From the NCBI GenBank assembly GCA_026708265.1, contig JAPOVI010000309.1:12949-76948 (forward strand): a stretch of DNA of 64,000 nucleotides, written 5' to 3'. The notes under the pieces were generated by a model. That model worked only from the letters and a program-made list of their open reading frames with translations. It was not told where the DNA came from and ran no database searches. Positions 1 through 8,360 of this stretch are shown here, in pieces; the first letter of the stretch is position 1, and each line of letters begins with the position of its first letter. This DNA comes from Acidobacteriota bacterium. Lineage in GTDB: Bacteria > Acidobacteriota > Vicinamibacteria > Vicinamibacterales > UBA8438. The translations under genes and the position numbers were made by a program.

Positions 1-1246
1 CGCCGAAGCGCCGGTCCTCCGTGAAACCCAGGAAGCTGCGGAAGCCGCCCGTCGCCCCGTTGTGCCAGATCACGGTCTGGCCGATGTCGCGGCGGCGGTC
101 CCGCACCCACGCCAGCCCGAGGGCGCGCCGCCGGGAGACCTGGAAGTGCTCCTGCTGCGCCAGCCGGATCGCCGCCTCGACCGCGTGCGACCCCTGCCCC
201 ATGTTGGCGGCGAGGAATCCCACCATCCCCTCCAGGGTGCTCCGCACCGCCCCGGCGCCCTCGAACGCCTCCGGCAGGTCCCAGGGCTCCGCCACCAGCC
301 CGAGCCGGACGGGGCCCGCAACCTGCCGGACCCGGTAGCCGGTGGCCAGCGGCGACCCGGCCTCTCCGCCCGGTCCGAGCCCGATGCCCGTCAACCCCAG
401 CGGTCCGTAGACGAACTCCCGGAGGGCGCTCGCATACCCCATGGCCGCCTCGCGCCCGAGGATCCACCCGAGCAGGCCGAAGCCGAAGTTGGAGTACTCG
501 GAACGATCCCCCGGCTCGGACTGCAGATCGGTGACCTCCAGCGCCTGCAGCAACTGGTCGGTCGTGTAGCCCTCGTAGGGATTCAGGCCGAGGACCAGGC
601 GCAGGAGCATGCGGGGCCCGCCCATGTCGGGCGGCGTCCTCGGGAGGCCCGCGGTGTGCGTCGCGAGGTGGGCGAGGGTGATCGACTGCTGTTCCGCCGG
701 CAGGGCGACGCCGGCCGGCAGCAGCTCCGCCAGCCTGTCGTCCAGGCTGACGACGCCCCGGTCGACGAGCGACGCCAGCAGAATGCCGGTGAACGTCTTC
801 GTGATCGAGCCGATCTCGAAGGTCGCTTCCCGGAGCGGCGGCCCCCCGGGCAACCGGGCGCTGCCCAACGTCGCGCGCGCGGTTCCGTCCGGCGTAACGA
901 GGCCGACCGCCACCCCGACCGGGCGTTGGTCGCGGGCCCAGTCGACGATCTCGCTGCGCACCGCCTCGTCGAGCGCCGGCACTCGCCCGTCCGTCCAATA
1001 GGCGGAGCTCTCCGCCTGCCAGCCGACGGCGGGCCGCCACAGGACCAGCCCGATCAGCCCGAACAGGAGCCAGAAGGCGCCCGTCCAGGGCGAGCGCAGC
1101 ATGGCGATGCCCCAGGGCACCGCGGGCATCGGATCTCCGGCGGCTGCGCGGCGCCTGCTCCGCAGGCCGCGGGCCAGCACCAGCAGGCCGAGCGCGCAGG
1201 CGAGGACGAACGCGGCCACCGGAGCGAACGCGAGCCAGGACGCCAT
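1..1246 (-). CDS. serine hydrolase, beta-lactamase/PBP (class C-like) family; 3' end runs off the window start
   Basis: Absent from the ORF track because it is open at position 1. My reverse-strand translation from the ATG at 1246-1244 reads MASWLAFAPVAAFVLACALG (hydrophobic anchor). It then shows GSITKTF (S-x-x-K), EYSNFGFGLLG (Y-x-N) and WHNGATGGF near the window edge. The + strand ORF 62..1261 is its Arg/Pro-rich antisense shadow. Confidence 0.8.
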   Translation of the reverse strand, partial: MASWLAFAPVAAFVLACALGLLVLARGLRSRRRAAAGDPMPAVPWGIAMLRSPWTGAFWLLFGLIGLVLWRPAVGWQAESSAYWTDGRVPALDEAVRSEIVDWARDQRPVGVAVGLVTPDGTARATLGSARLPGGPPLREATFEIGSITKTFTGILLASLVDRGVVSLDDRLAELLPAGVALPAEQQSITLAHLATHTAGLPRTPPDMGGPRMLLRLVLGLNPYEGYTTDQLLQALEVTDLQSEPGDRSEYSNFGFGLLGWILGREAAMGYASALREFVYGPLGLTGIGLGPGGEAGSPLATGYRVRQVAGPVRLGLVAEPWDLPEAFEGAGAVRSTLEGMVGFLAANMGQGSHAVEAAIRLAQQEHFQVSRRRALGLAWVRDRRRDIGQTVIWHNGATGGFRSFLGFTEDRRFG

Positions 1247-1374
1247 CGAGCGCCATCGTAGTGGGCGGGCCGGGAGCCTGCAAGCCGCCGCGGCCGGCCG
1301 GCGGGTTGCGCGTGCGGTGCTCCGCGGGCGCCCCGGATCCAATACGATCCGGGCCATCGTCACCGGACCGACCC

Positions 1375-1965
1375 ATGAGCCAAGCCGCCAATCCCCGTGT
1401 CGCCCAGGCCCGCGTGGACCCGCTCTTCATCGACCGCTGGTCGCCGCGTTCGTTCGACCCCGAGCCCCTGAGCGACGCCGACATCGCCTCGCTGTTCGAG
1501 GCCGCGCGCTGGGCGCCCTCGTCGTCCAACGTGCAACCGTGGCTCTTCCTGTACGAGACCGACGGACCCGACCGGCCGATCTTCGATTCCATCCTTAATC
1601 CGCGCAATCGCGCTTGGGCGGCGAAGGCGCCGCTCCTCGGCTTCGTCTTCGCGCACGTGCGGACGCCGGACGGCCGCGAGCCGCGCACCGCGCAGTTCGA
1701 CGCCGGCGCGGCCTGGATGTCGCTCGCCCTGCAGGCGCACGCGCTCGGCATCTGCACCCACGCGATGGCCGGCATCGACGTCGCGGCGGCCCACGAGCGG
1801 CTCGGCGTCGACCGCGAGTCCCACGCCGCCATGTGCGGCATCGCCGCGGGGCGGCTCGGCCCGCGCGAGGCGCTCCCGGCGGAGCTCCGGGAACGCGAGG
1901 GCGCACGCAGCGACCGCAAGCCCCTCGCCGAGATCGCCCGGCGGGGGATCCTCGGGAAGCGCTGA
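1375..1965 (+). CDS. nitroreductase family protein
   Basis: ORF 1261..1965 trimmed to the in-frame ATG at 1375 (MSQAANPRV). FIDRWSPRSF...LFEAARWAPSSSNVQPW is a typical nitroreductase-fold N-terminal signature. Confidence 0.8.
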   Translation: MSQAANPRVAQARVDPLFIDRWSPRSFDPEPLSDADIASLFEAARWAPSSSNVQPWLFLYETDGPDRPIFDSILNPRNRAWAAKAPLLGFVFAHVRTPDGREPRTAQFDAGAAWMSLALQAHALGICTHAMAGIDVAAAHERLGVDRESHAAMCGIAAGRLGPREALPAELREREGARSDRKPLAEIARRGILGKR

Positions 1966-2174
1966 GTCCGGGTCCCGCGCTCCGCGCGCGTCGCCGGGCG
2001 CTGACGCCAGGCAGCGCCGGCGACGACGCGTGCACGCCGCGCTCGCGCGCGCGGTGCCGGGTGCGGACGCCGGCGTGGCGCGAGCTTGTTGCGCCGCGCG
2101 CGGGCCACGGTATGATCGCGCGGTCGACGCACCCCCCGCTCCGGGGGCCGGGTTGCGTTGGCAGGGAGGTCGGC

Positions 2175-3113
2175 ATGAGGCGGGCGGTCCGGCAAGGTGC
2201 AGCGGCCGGCGTGGTAGCGCTCACGCTCGCGGTCGGCGGCGTCGGAGCCGCGGCGCAGGAGGAGGAGCGCATCGTTCGGATCGATACGCTCAACGTGAGA
2301 GACACCCTCTACCACCTGTCGGACGGCGGCGCCAACGCCATGGCGCTCATCGACGAGATCAACGGCGGCGTCGTGCTGATCGACGCGAAGAGCCCCGGCT
2401 GGGCCCCGGCGGTGATGGAGGCGGTCTACGGGGTGACCGATCTGCCGGTCACGACCATCGTCGCCACGCACCCGCACGACGACAGCGCCGGAAGCCTCGG
2501 CGAGTACCCCGACCTGGTCGAGGTGGTGGCGCACGAGCGGGCGGCGGCCGCCCTGGCCGGCGCGGTGCCGGACGGCGTGACCCTCACGACCTTCGGGGAC
2601 CGCCACTCGCTGCTGGAAGACCTCGACCGCATCGAGCTGTACCACTTCGGTCCCGCCCATACCGGCGGCGACACGATCGTCGTCTTCCCGCAGAAGGGCG
2701 TCGCCTTCCTGGGCGACCTGTTCCCGGGGAAGGCGACGCCGGAGATCGACCGCGACAACGGCGGGAGCGGCGTGGCGTTCCCGGACACCCTGGCGCGCGC
2801 CGTCGCGAGCATCGAGGGAGTGGAGCGGGTGATCACCGGCCGCGACGCGTTCCCTTCGACGTACGCCGGCCGCGGCCGGCGCGAGGAGGGGCGGCGCCGC
2901 CCGTGGACGGGCTGGATGATGTGGGACGACGTGGCGGAGTACGCGGACTTCAACCGCGACTTCCTCGCCGCGGTCGAGGCGGCTTACGACGCCGGCAGGA
3001 GCGTGGACGAGGCGGCGGCGACGCTCGCGCTGCCGGAGCGCTACCGCGACTACGGGATGGAGCACGCCCGGGCCAACATCGAGGCGATCTACGCCGAGCT
3101 TGCGGCCCGGTGA
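2175..3113 (+). CDS. MBL-fold metallo-hydrolase, exported
   Basis: Frame of ORF 1614..3113 trimmed to ATG 2175, which follows GGGAGG at 2164-2169. Signal-like MRRAVRQGAAAGVVALTLAVGG. VATHPHDDSAG (HxHxD-type motif), HFGPAHTGGD and FLGDLF fit the metallo-beta-lactamase fold. Confidence 0.7.
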   Translation: MRRAVRQGAAAGVVALTLAVGGVGAAAQEEERIVRIDTLNVRDTLYHLSDGGANAMALIDEINGGVVLIDAKSPGWAPAVMEAVYGVTDLPVTTIVATHPHDDSAGSLGEYPDLVEVVAHERAAAALAGAVPDGVTLTTFGDRHSLLEDLDRIELYHFGPAHTGGDTIVVFPQKGVAFLGDLFPGKATPEIDRDNGGSGVAFPDTLARAVASIEGVERVITGRDAFPSTYAGRGRREEGRRRPWTGWMMWDDVAEYADFNRDFLAAVEAAYDAGRSVDEAAATLALPERYRDYGMEHARANIEAIYAELAAR

Positions 3114-3129
3114 GAGGCAGACGAATCCG

Positions 3130-4473
3130 ATGACATCGAAGCTGACGGCCGCGCTCGCAGGTGTCGCAATCGTCCTCGGGGCCGCGGGCATCGCCGCGGC
3201 GGAGGACTGGCCGGAGTTCCGGGGCGCGGGTCGCCGCGGCGTCTGGCTTGAGTCGGGCATCCTGGAGACCTTCCCCGCGGAGGGGCTGAAGGCCCTCTGG
3301 AGGACCCCGGTCAAGCGGGGCTACGCGGGCCCGGCGGTGGCCGACGGGCGCGTCTTCGTGACCGACTACGAGCCGACCGACGGGATGCGCGGGACGGAGC
3401 GCGCGCTGGCCCTCGACGAGGCGACGGGCGAGGTGCTGTGGGTCCAGGAATGGGACGCCGACTATGCCGGCATCCAGTGGGAGATCGGCCCCGGCGCGAC
3501 GCCGACCGTCGACGGCGACCGCGTCTACGTCCTCGGACGGGACGGCGTGCTCTCGGCCTTCAAGACCGCTACGGGCGAGATCCTCTGGCGCAAGTCCTAC
3601 AGCGAGGACTACGGCGTCGACCGCATGCGGTGGGGCTTCGACTGGGGCTTCGCCAGCGCTCCCCTGGTCGACGACGAGCGGCTCATCTGCTTCGTCGGCG
3701 GCCCGCCCGACGCGCGGGTCGTGGCGCTCGACAAGATGACGGGAGAGGAGATCTGGCGCTCGCTGCCGGCCGAGGCCGATCTCGGCGTCGCGCAGCCCAT
3801 CATCATCGAGGCCGGCGGCGCGCGGCAGCTCATCGTCTGGGACCCGGAGGAGGTCGCGTCGCTCGATCCGGTGACCGGCGACGTCTACTGGCGGCAGCCG
3901 TACGTCGTCGGCGGAGCCATGACGGTGGCGGTGCCGGTCCAGGTCGGGTCGCAGCTCTTCTTCAGCACGTTCTACGACGGCCCGATGATGCTCACCCTCA
4001 ACCAGGATCGCCCCGACGCCACCATCGCCTGGAAGGGCTCGAGCAACAGCGAGATCCGCACCGAAGGGCTGCACGCGGTGCTGGCCACGCCGATCATCGA
4101 CGGCGGGTACATCTACGGCATCTGCAGCTACGGGCAGCTCCGCTGCCTCGACGCGCGCACCGGCGAGCGCATCTGGGAGACCCAGGAGGCGACCGTCGAG
4201 CGCCGCCGCTGGGTGTCGGGCTTCATGGTGAAGAACGGCAACCGCATCTTCATGAACAACGACCGCGGCGAGCTCATCATCGCCCGCCTCCACCCGACGG
4301 GCTACGAGGAGATCAGCCGCACCCCGCTCATCGCCCCGACGTCGCCGCCCGGCAACCGCCGCGAGCTGCGCAACGTGAGCTGGGTGCACCCGGCTTACGC
4401 CAACCGGCACATCTACATGCGCAACGACGAGGAGATCGTCGCCTTCTCGCTCGCCGCCGCCGACTACGACTGA
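3130..4473 (+). CDS. PQQ-like (BamB-like) beta-propeller repeat protein, exported
   Basis: ORF 3100..4473 trimmed to ATG 3130 (MTSKLTAALAGVAIVLGAAGIAAAEDWPEFRG). A signal peptide is followed by repeated blades of the form DGRVFV...G.L.A.D..TGE.LW. Confidence 0.75.
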   Translation: MTSKLTAALAGVAIVLGAAGIAAAEDWPEFRGAGRRGVWLESGILETFPAEGLKALWRTPVKRGYAGPAVADGRVFVTDYEPTDGMRGTERALALDEATGEVLWVQEWDADYAGIQWEIGPGATPTVDGDRVYVLGRDGVLSAFKTATGEILWRKSYSEDYGVDRMRWGFDWGFASAPLVDDERLICFVGGPPDARVVALDKMTGEEIWRSLPAEADLGVAQPIIIEAGGARQLIVWDPEEVASLDPVTGDVYWRQPYVVGGAMTVAVPVQVGSQLFFSTFYDGPMMLTLNQDRPDATIAWKGSSNSEIRTEGLHAVLATPIIDGGYIYGICSYGQLRCLDARTGERIWETQEATVERRRWVSGFMVKNGNRIFMNNDRGELIIARLHPTGYEEISRTPLIAPTSPPGNRRELRNVSWVHPAYANRHIYMRNDEEIVAFSLAAADYD

Positions 4474-4551
4474 AGGGTCCGGGCCCGGGCACGGCGGCCC
4501 GCAGCCGGGTCGCCGCGGCCGGAGGTCCGATCCGCCCTGTAGGATCGCCGC

Positions 4552-6171
4552 GTGACTCACGACTACGTGATTGTCGGCGCGGGCACCGCGGGCTGCGTCC
4601 TCGCCAACCGGCTGTCGGCCGATCCCGGCGCCAGCGTGCTGCTGCTCGAGGCGGGGGGCAAGGACGACTACTTCTGGATCGACATCCCCGTCGGCTACCT
4701 CTACACGATCGGCAATCCCCGCACCGACTGGTGCTACCGCATCGAGCCCGACCCCGGCCTCAACGGCCGGACCATCCTCTACGCCCGCGGCCGGGTGCTC
4801 GGCGGGTGCTCGTCGATCAACGCGATGATCTACATGCGCGGGCAGCGGAGCGACTACGACCACTGGGCGTCGCTCGGCAACCGCGGCTGGGGCTGGGACG
4901 ACGTCCTGCCGGTGTTCAAGCGGTCGGAGGACTACCAGCACGGAGCCGACGAGTTCCACGGGGTCGGCGGCGAGATGCGGGTCGAGGAACGCCGGGTGGG
5001 CTGGGAGATCCTCGACGCCTGGCGCGACGCGGCCGCGGAGTGCGGCATTCCCAAGATCGCCGAGTTCAACCGGGGCGACAACTTCGGCAACGCCTACTTC
5101 CAGATGAACCAGCGCGGGGGCCGGCGCTGGAGCGGCACCAAGGCGTTCCTGCGGCCCGTCCTCGATCGGCCCAACCTGAGCGTGCGGACCGACGCCCAGG
5201 TGCGGCGCATCACGGTCGAGCGGGGCGGCGCGGGACCGCGCGCCACCGGGGTCGAGCTCGTGGGGTCCGGTGAGAAGCTCGTGGCGCGGCGCGCGGTGAT
5301 CCTGGCCGCCGGGGCCATCGGCTCACCGCAGATCCTGCAGCTCTCGGGGATCGGTCCCGGTGCGCTGCTCCAGGAGCACGGCATCGAAGTCGCCCACGAC
5401 CTGCCGGGGGTCGGCGAGAACCTCCACGACCACCTGCAGGTCCGCAGCATCTACAAGGTGAAGAACACGGTCACTCTGAACCAGCGCGTGAACTCGCTCT
5501 TCGGCAAGGCGGCGATGGGGCTGGAGTATCTCTTCTTCAAGACCGGCCCGCTGACGATGCCCCCGTCGCAGCTCGGCGCCTTCGCCCGCAGCGATCCGTC
5601 GCGGGAGGCGGCGAACATCGAGTGGCACGTGCAGCCGCTCTCGCTCGACAAGTTCGGCGACCCGTTGCACAAGTTCAACGCAATCACGCCGTCGGTCGCC
5701 AACCTGCAGCCGACCAGCCGCGGCCACGTCCGCATCAAGGACGCCGATCCGCTGCACGCGCCCGCCATCACCCTGAACTACCTGTCCACCGCCCAGGATC
5801 GCGAGGTCGCGGTGTCCGGGCTGCGCTTCACCCGCCGCATCATGACCGCGCAGGCCCTGGCCCGCTTCGAGCCCGAGGAGTGGAAGCCCGGCCCCGAGCT
5901 CACGAGCGATGAGGCGCTGGCCCACGCCGCGAGCGACCTCGGCACGACGATCTTCCACCCCGTCGGCACGTGCAAGATGGGGAGCGACCGCCTCGCCGTC
6001 GTCGACGACCGGCTCGCCGTGCACGGCGTCGCGGGCCTGCGGGTCATCGACGCCTCGGTCATGCCCCGCATCACCTCGGGCAACACGAACGCCCCCACAG
6101 TGATGATCGCCGAGAAGGGGGCGGAGTTCGTGATTGAGGATGCGGCGGGGGTGCACGCGGGCGTGACGTGA
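4552..6171 (+). CDS. GMC family FAD oxidoreductase (choline/alcohol dehydrogenase-like)
   Basis: [33 protein letters not shown] (FAD Rossmann start), [14 protein letters not shown], and C-terminal HPVGTCKMG...[19 protein letters not shown] start. Confidence 0.9.
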   Translation: MTHDYVIVGAGTAGCVLANRLSADPGASVLLLEAGGKDDYFWIDIPVGYLYTIGNPRTDWCYRIEPDPGLNGRTILYARGRVLGGCSSINAMIYMRGQRSDYDHWASLGNRGWGWDDVLPVFKRSEDYQHGADEFHGVGGEMRVEERRVGWEILDAWRDAAAECGIPKIAEFNRGDNFGNAYFQMNQRGGRRWSGTKAFLRPVLDRPNLSVRTDAQVRRITVERGGAGPRATGVELVGSGEKLVARRAVILAAGAIGSPQILQLSGIGPGALLQEHGIEVAHDLPGVGENLHDHLQVRSIYKVKNTVTLNQRVNSLFGKAAMGLEYLFFKTGPLTMPPSQLGAFARSDPSREAANIEWHVQPLSLDKFGDPLHKFNAITPSVANLQPTSRGHVRIKDADPLHAPAITLNYLSTAQDREVAVSGLRFTRRIMTAQALARFEPEEWKPGPELTSDEALAHAASDLGTTIFHPVGTCKMGSDRLAVVDDRLAVHGVAGLRVIDASVMPRITSGNTNAPTVMIAEKGAEFVIEDAAGVHAGVT

Positions 6172-6184
6172 CATCAGGGCTGGT

Positions 6185-6332
6185 CAGGCGGTGGACTTCC
6201 GCCCGAACCTCCGTTTCCGCGCCGTTCGCCGGGTAGTTCGGACCGGCAACCCAGATCACCGTGAAAGGGACGCATGCGCAGCGTCTCGTCGGCGAAGTTC
6301 TTGAAGTCAACCAGTCGCAGCGAAGTGATCAT
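6185..6332 (-). pseudogene. N-terminal stub of an AAA_15/AAA_21-type (SMC/OLD-like) ATPase, frameshifted and truncated
   Basis: From the ATG at 6332: MITSLRLVDFKNFADETLR. In a second frame this continues PFTVIWVAGPN, matching the usual '...L.+.NFK.F.DE.....PFTVIVGPNGSGKS' start. The P-loop is degenerate and the reading then runs into the 3' end of the GMC gene. Confidence 0.4.
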
Positions 6333-6358
6333 GGCTCCGCCTACCGCGCCCGGCGTGT

Positions 6359-6751
6359 TCACTGGCCGATCGGCCAGTGCTGGACGCCAATCTCCGTCAT
6401 TGGGAAGTCATCGACGTTGGCCGTCGCCAGTGCCGCACCGACACCCGCCGCCGCGGCGGCAATCAGGCAATCGGCTTGATGGAGCGTGACTCCCTCACGG
6501 GCATAGGCTCGGCGCCATGCGCCGGCCCGCATCCCCTCGGCCGCCCCCAGAGGCGCCAGCCGCAGACCGCTGAACAGGCGGCGCGCGACGATCTCCTCGC
6601 CCGAGCGCAGGCCGCGCCAGATCTCCTCGACCGAGATCACGCACGCCCAGGGCTCCGTGCCGGTTCGTCTCAGGGCGGCCAACCGGGCGGCGGCGGGCCG
6701 GCCTCGCAACGCGTCGATGAGCACGGTCGAATCGAGCAGCAGGCGGACCAT
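6359..6751 (-). CDS. vapC: type II toxin VapC (PIN domain)
   Basis: MVRLLLDSTVLIDALRG..., SVEEIW and ATANVDDF show the PIN acidic-residue pattern. The start lies 3 nt after the upstream antitoxin stop. Confidence 0.85.
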   Translation of the reverse strand: MVRLLLDSTVLIDALRGRPAAARLAALRRTGTEPWACVISVEEIWRGLRSGEEIVARRLFSGLRLAPLGAAEGMRAGAWRRAYAREGVTLHQADCLIAAAAAGVGAALATANVDDFPMTEIGVQHWPIGQ

Positions 6752-6754
6752 CGG

Positions 6755-6994
6755 TCAACCGGCCCGCCGGGGGTCGGCATGACGTTGCCGCCTCACCCAC
6801 GCGGCGGGGTCGTCGTCCCAGTCGTGGCCGGTATCAGGCAAGCCGCCGAGCGCCGATTCGATGTCGTCCCAGCGTCGTTCGTCGTCAAGACCGCGCTGGA
6901 TCAGTTCGGCGATGAAAGCGCTTCGCCGTCGTGGGCCCGCGCGTCGATCGATCTCCGTCACGAGGTCGTCGGCGAGTGCTATGTGCAAACGCAT
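6755..6994 (-). CDS. ribbon-helix-helix antitoxin (VapB/CopG-like) partner of VapC
   Basis: ORF 6755..7063 trimmed to ATG 6994. MRLHIALADDLVTEIDRRAGPRRRSAFIAELIQ looks like an RHH N-terminus. The gene sits directly upstream of vapC. Confidence 0.7.
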   Translation of the reverse strand: MRLHIALADDLVTEIDRRAGPRRRSAFIAELIQRGLDDERRWDDIESALGGLPDTGHDWDDDPAAWVRRQRHADPRRAG

Positions 6995-7164
6995 GGGCCT
7001 AAGCGTAGCATTGTACGCACACACTTGGCGACGGCGATCCGCCCCCCGGATAGGCCACATCAAGGCGATTGGTCAGAACTGGGAGAGCCCCCTTCCGGTT
7101 TCGCGCGTTTCCGGAGACGATGGAGTTCGCTTTCGACCGGCCGAGCCATGCCCGACCCGCTCGG

Positions 7165-7568
7165 CCCACCGGCTGGTGGACGACACCGCTTCGCTGTACT
7201 CCATCAACCGGCTGACCGCGTATCTGCAGTCGCTCGGACACCGGGCGCCGAAGCCCACCGTCTCCGACTACGTGGCGTGGTTCGAGGACGCGTTCTTCCT
7301 GTTCACGGTGCCCGTCTTCGACGCCTCGCTGGCCCGGGCCAAGACGAATCCGAAGAAGATCTACTGCGTCGACCACGCGTTGGTGCGTTCCATCGGCTCC
7401 GGCATCCTCGTCAACTCCGGCCATCTGACGGCGCTTGCGCAGGCGATGGCCGAACTGGGCACGCGCACGGGGACGGTCGTGACCGGCGACGAGGAGGAGA
7501 CGATCGCGGTCGATGCCGGCAGCATCGAGGTGCTACCGGCGTGGCGCTTCCTCCTCGACGTCGGATGA
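7165..7568 (+). pseudogene. C-terminal (DUF4143-like) fragment of an AAA ATPase
   Basis: The tail of ORF 6861..7568 reads LVDDTASLYSINRLTAYLQSLGHRAPKPTVSDYVAWFEDAFFLFTVPVFDASLARAKTNPKKIYCVDHALV. This matches the winged-helix/DUF4143 part of 'ATP-binding protein' genes. No Walker region precedes it; the upstream part of the ORF is antisense to the antitoxin gene. Confidence 0.55.
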
Positions 7569-7629
7569 CTGCGTCGCCACGGCTTGATGCCTGTCTGGGC
7601 CAGGCCGGGTAGCCTGGATCCTCGCTCAC

Positions 7630-7749
7630 CGCCTTCTGCCGGCCGGTGGCGGTCTTGCCGCAGGCCCTCGGCCCCTCGATCACGACGGCGCCCGTCGACG
7701 CGAGGCGCAGGGTGAGTTCGCGGTCCACGAGGCGAGGGCGGTACTTCAC
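7630..7749 (-). pseudogene. N-terminal Walker-A fragment of the same type of AAA ATPase
   Basis: KYRPRLVDRELTLRLASTGAVVIEGPRACGKTATG carries a GxxxxGKT P-loop. The reading then degenerates into Arg/Pro-rich sequence. It points toward the + strand C-terminal fragment. Confidence 0.5.
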
Positions 7750-7767
7750 GGTGCGGTCGCGGGCAAC

Positions 7768-7893
7768 GGCAGAGATGGAACGTCGCCAACGGCAGGAATC
7801 CTAGCCGCATGGAGGGCAGGAATGCAATCCTGTCAGGGGCAGAAACGTAGCGCCCTAAGGGGCAGGAATAAAAACGTTGTCAGGGGCAGAAAT
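7768..7893. repeat. six phased GGCAG(G/A)AA boxes (iteron-like array) in a locally AT-rich spacer
   Basis: GGCAG starts at 7768, 7791, 7815, 7838, 7861 and 7885, giving spacings of 23, 24, 23, 23 and 24 bp. The boxes read GGCAGAGAT, GGCAGGAAT, GGCAGGAAT, GGCAGAAAC, GGCAGGAAT and GGCAGAAAT. Boxes 3+4 and 5+6 form two roughly 47-bp units. Confidence 0.7.
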
Positions 7894-7973
7894 GTAAAGC
7901 GCCGAGTCGACTCCGGGAAGGTGTCGCAAGCAGTCGTCAGCCGGTGAGGGTGTCCGGAACGATGCGCGGAGTG

Positions 7974-7979
7974 TATAAT
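7974..7979 (+). promoter_or_regulatory. candidate -10 box (TATAAT) for tRNA-Gln
   Basis: A perfect TATAAT lies 28 nt upstream of the mature tRNA 5' end, in a genome where such hexamers are rare. The -35 region (TGTCCG, 7951-7956) is weak. Confidence 0.35.
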
Positions 7980-8007
7980 GTGTGGTTCCGTCGCGCCGCG
8001 GCCGTTG

Positions 8008-8081
8008 CTGGGAGGTCGTTCAACGGTAGGACACGCGGCTCTGGACCGTGGAATCGGGGTTCGAATCCCTGCCTCCCAGCC
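8008..8081 (+). tRNA. tRNA-Gln: tRNA-Gln (anticodon CTG), CCA encoded
   Basis: Manual cloverleaf. Acceptor TGGGAGG/CCTCCCA (U1-A72). D arm GTTC-AACGGTA-GGAC. Anticodon arm CGCGG-CTCTGGA-CCGTG with CTG at 8040-8042. Variable loop GAAT. T arm CGGGG-TTCGAAT-CCCTG. Discriminator G, then CCA. Total 74 nt. Confidence 0.9.
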
Positions 8082-8093
8082 ATCTCTGCGCCT

Positions 8094-8360
8094 CCGGCTT
8101 CGCGATGGCCGGGAGGCAGGGATTCGGTCGCGAACGGGAGCTGACGCCCGTTCGGGCTCGAATCCCCTTGCTGCCGGCGCCAAGCCTCATCGTGGATCGG
8201 GATGCTCCGATTCCGTCGCGAACGGGAGCTGACGCCCCGTTCGGGCTCGAATCCCCTTGCTGCCGGCACCACGCCTCATCGTGGATCGGGACGCTCCGAT
8301 TCCGTCGCGAACGGGAGCTGACGCCCCGTTCGGGCTCGAATCCCCTTGCTGCCGGCACCA
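8094..8360 (+). repeat. three tandem ~89-bp tRNA-like repeat units, each ending in GCCGGC(G/A)CCA
   Basis: Units end at 8182, 8271 and 8360 (period 89). Units 2 and 3 are near-identical. Unit 1 is homologous from about 8127, and its 5' part (8111-8126) is an inverted copy of the tRNA-Gln 3' end. Confidence 0.85.

Noticed and set aside
62-1261. 399-aa + strand ORF covering the first 1.2 kb
   Set aside because: It has an Arg/Pro/Gly-rich, low-complexity composition and no motifs. The opposite strand encodes a clean beta-lactamase-family protein (SITK, YSN). It is a typical antisense shadow ORF of a high-GC genome.
7768-7893. Sigma-54 promoters (GG-N10-GC) in the GGCAGGAATGC boxes
   Set aside because: In the boxes the GG and GC dinucleotides are offset by 9 nt. 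The TGGCAC-N5-TTGC consensus requires 12 nt. Six tandem copies also make no sense as promoters.
8094-8360. CRISPR array
   Set aside because: The 89-bp units are directly contiguous with no unique spacers between them, the unit length is wrong, and no cas genes are present.
8094-8360. Three additional functional tRNA genes
   Set aside because: I could not draw a cloverleaf. The T stem has only 3 bp, there is no 7-nt anticodon loop with U33, and no D-loop GG. Acceptor pairing only works by borrowing the palindromic GCCGGC from the preceding unit. The units are kept as tRNA-like repeats pending tRNAscan-SE.
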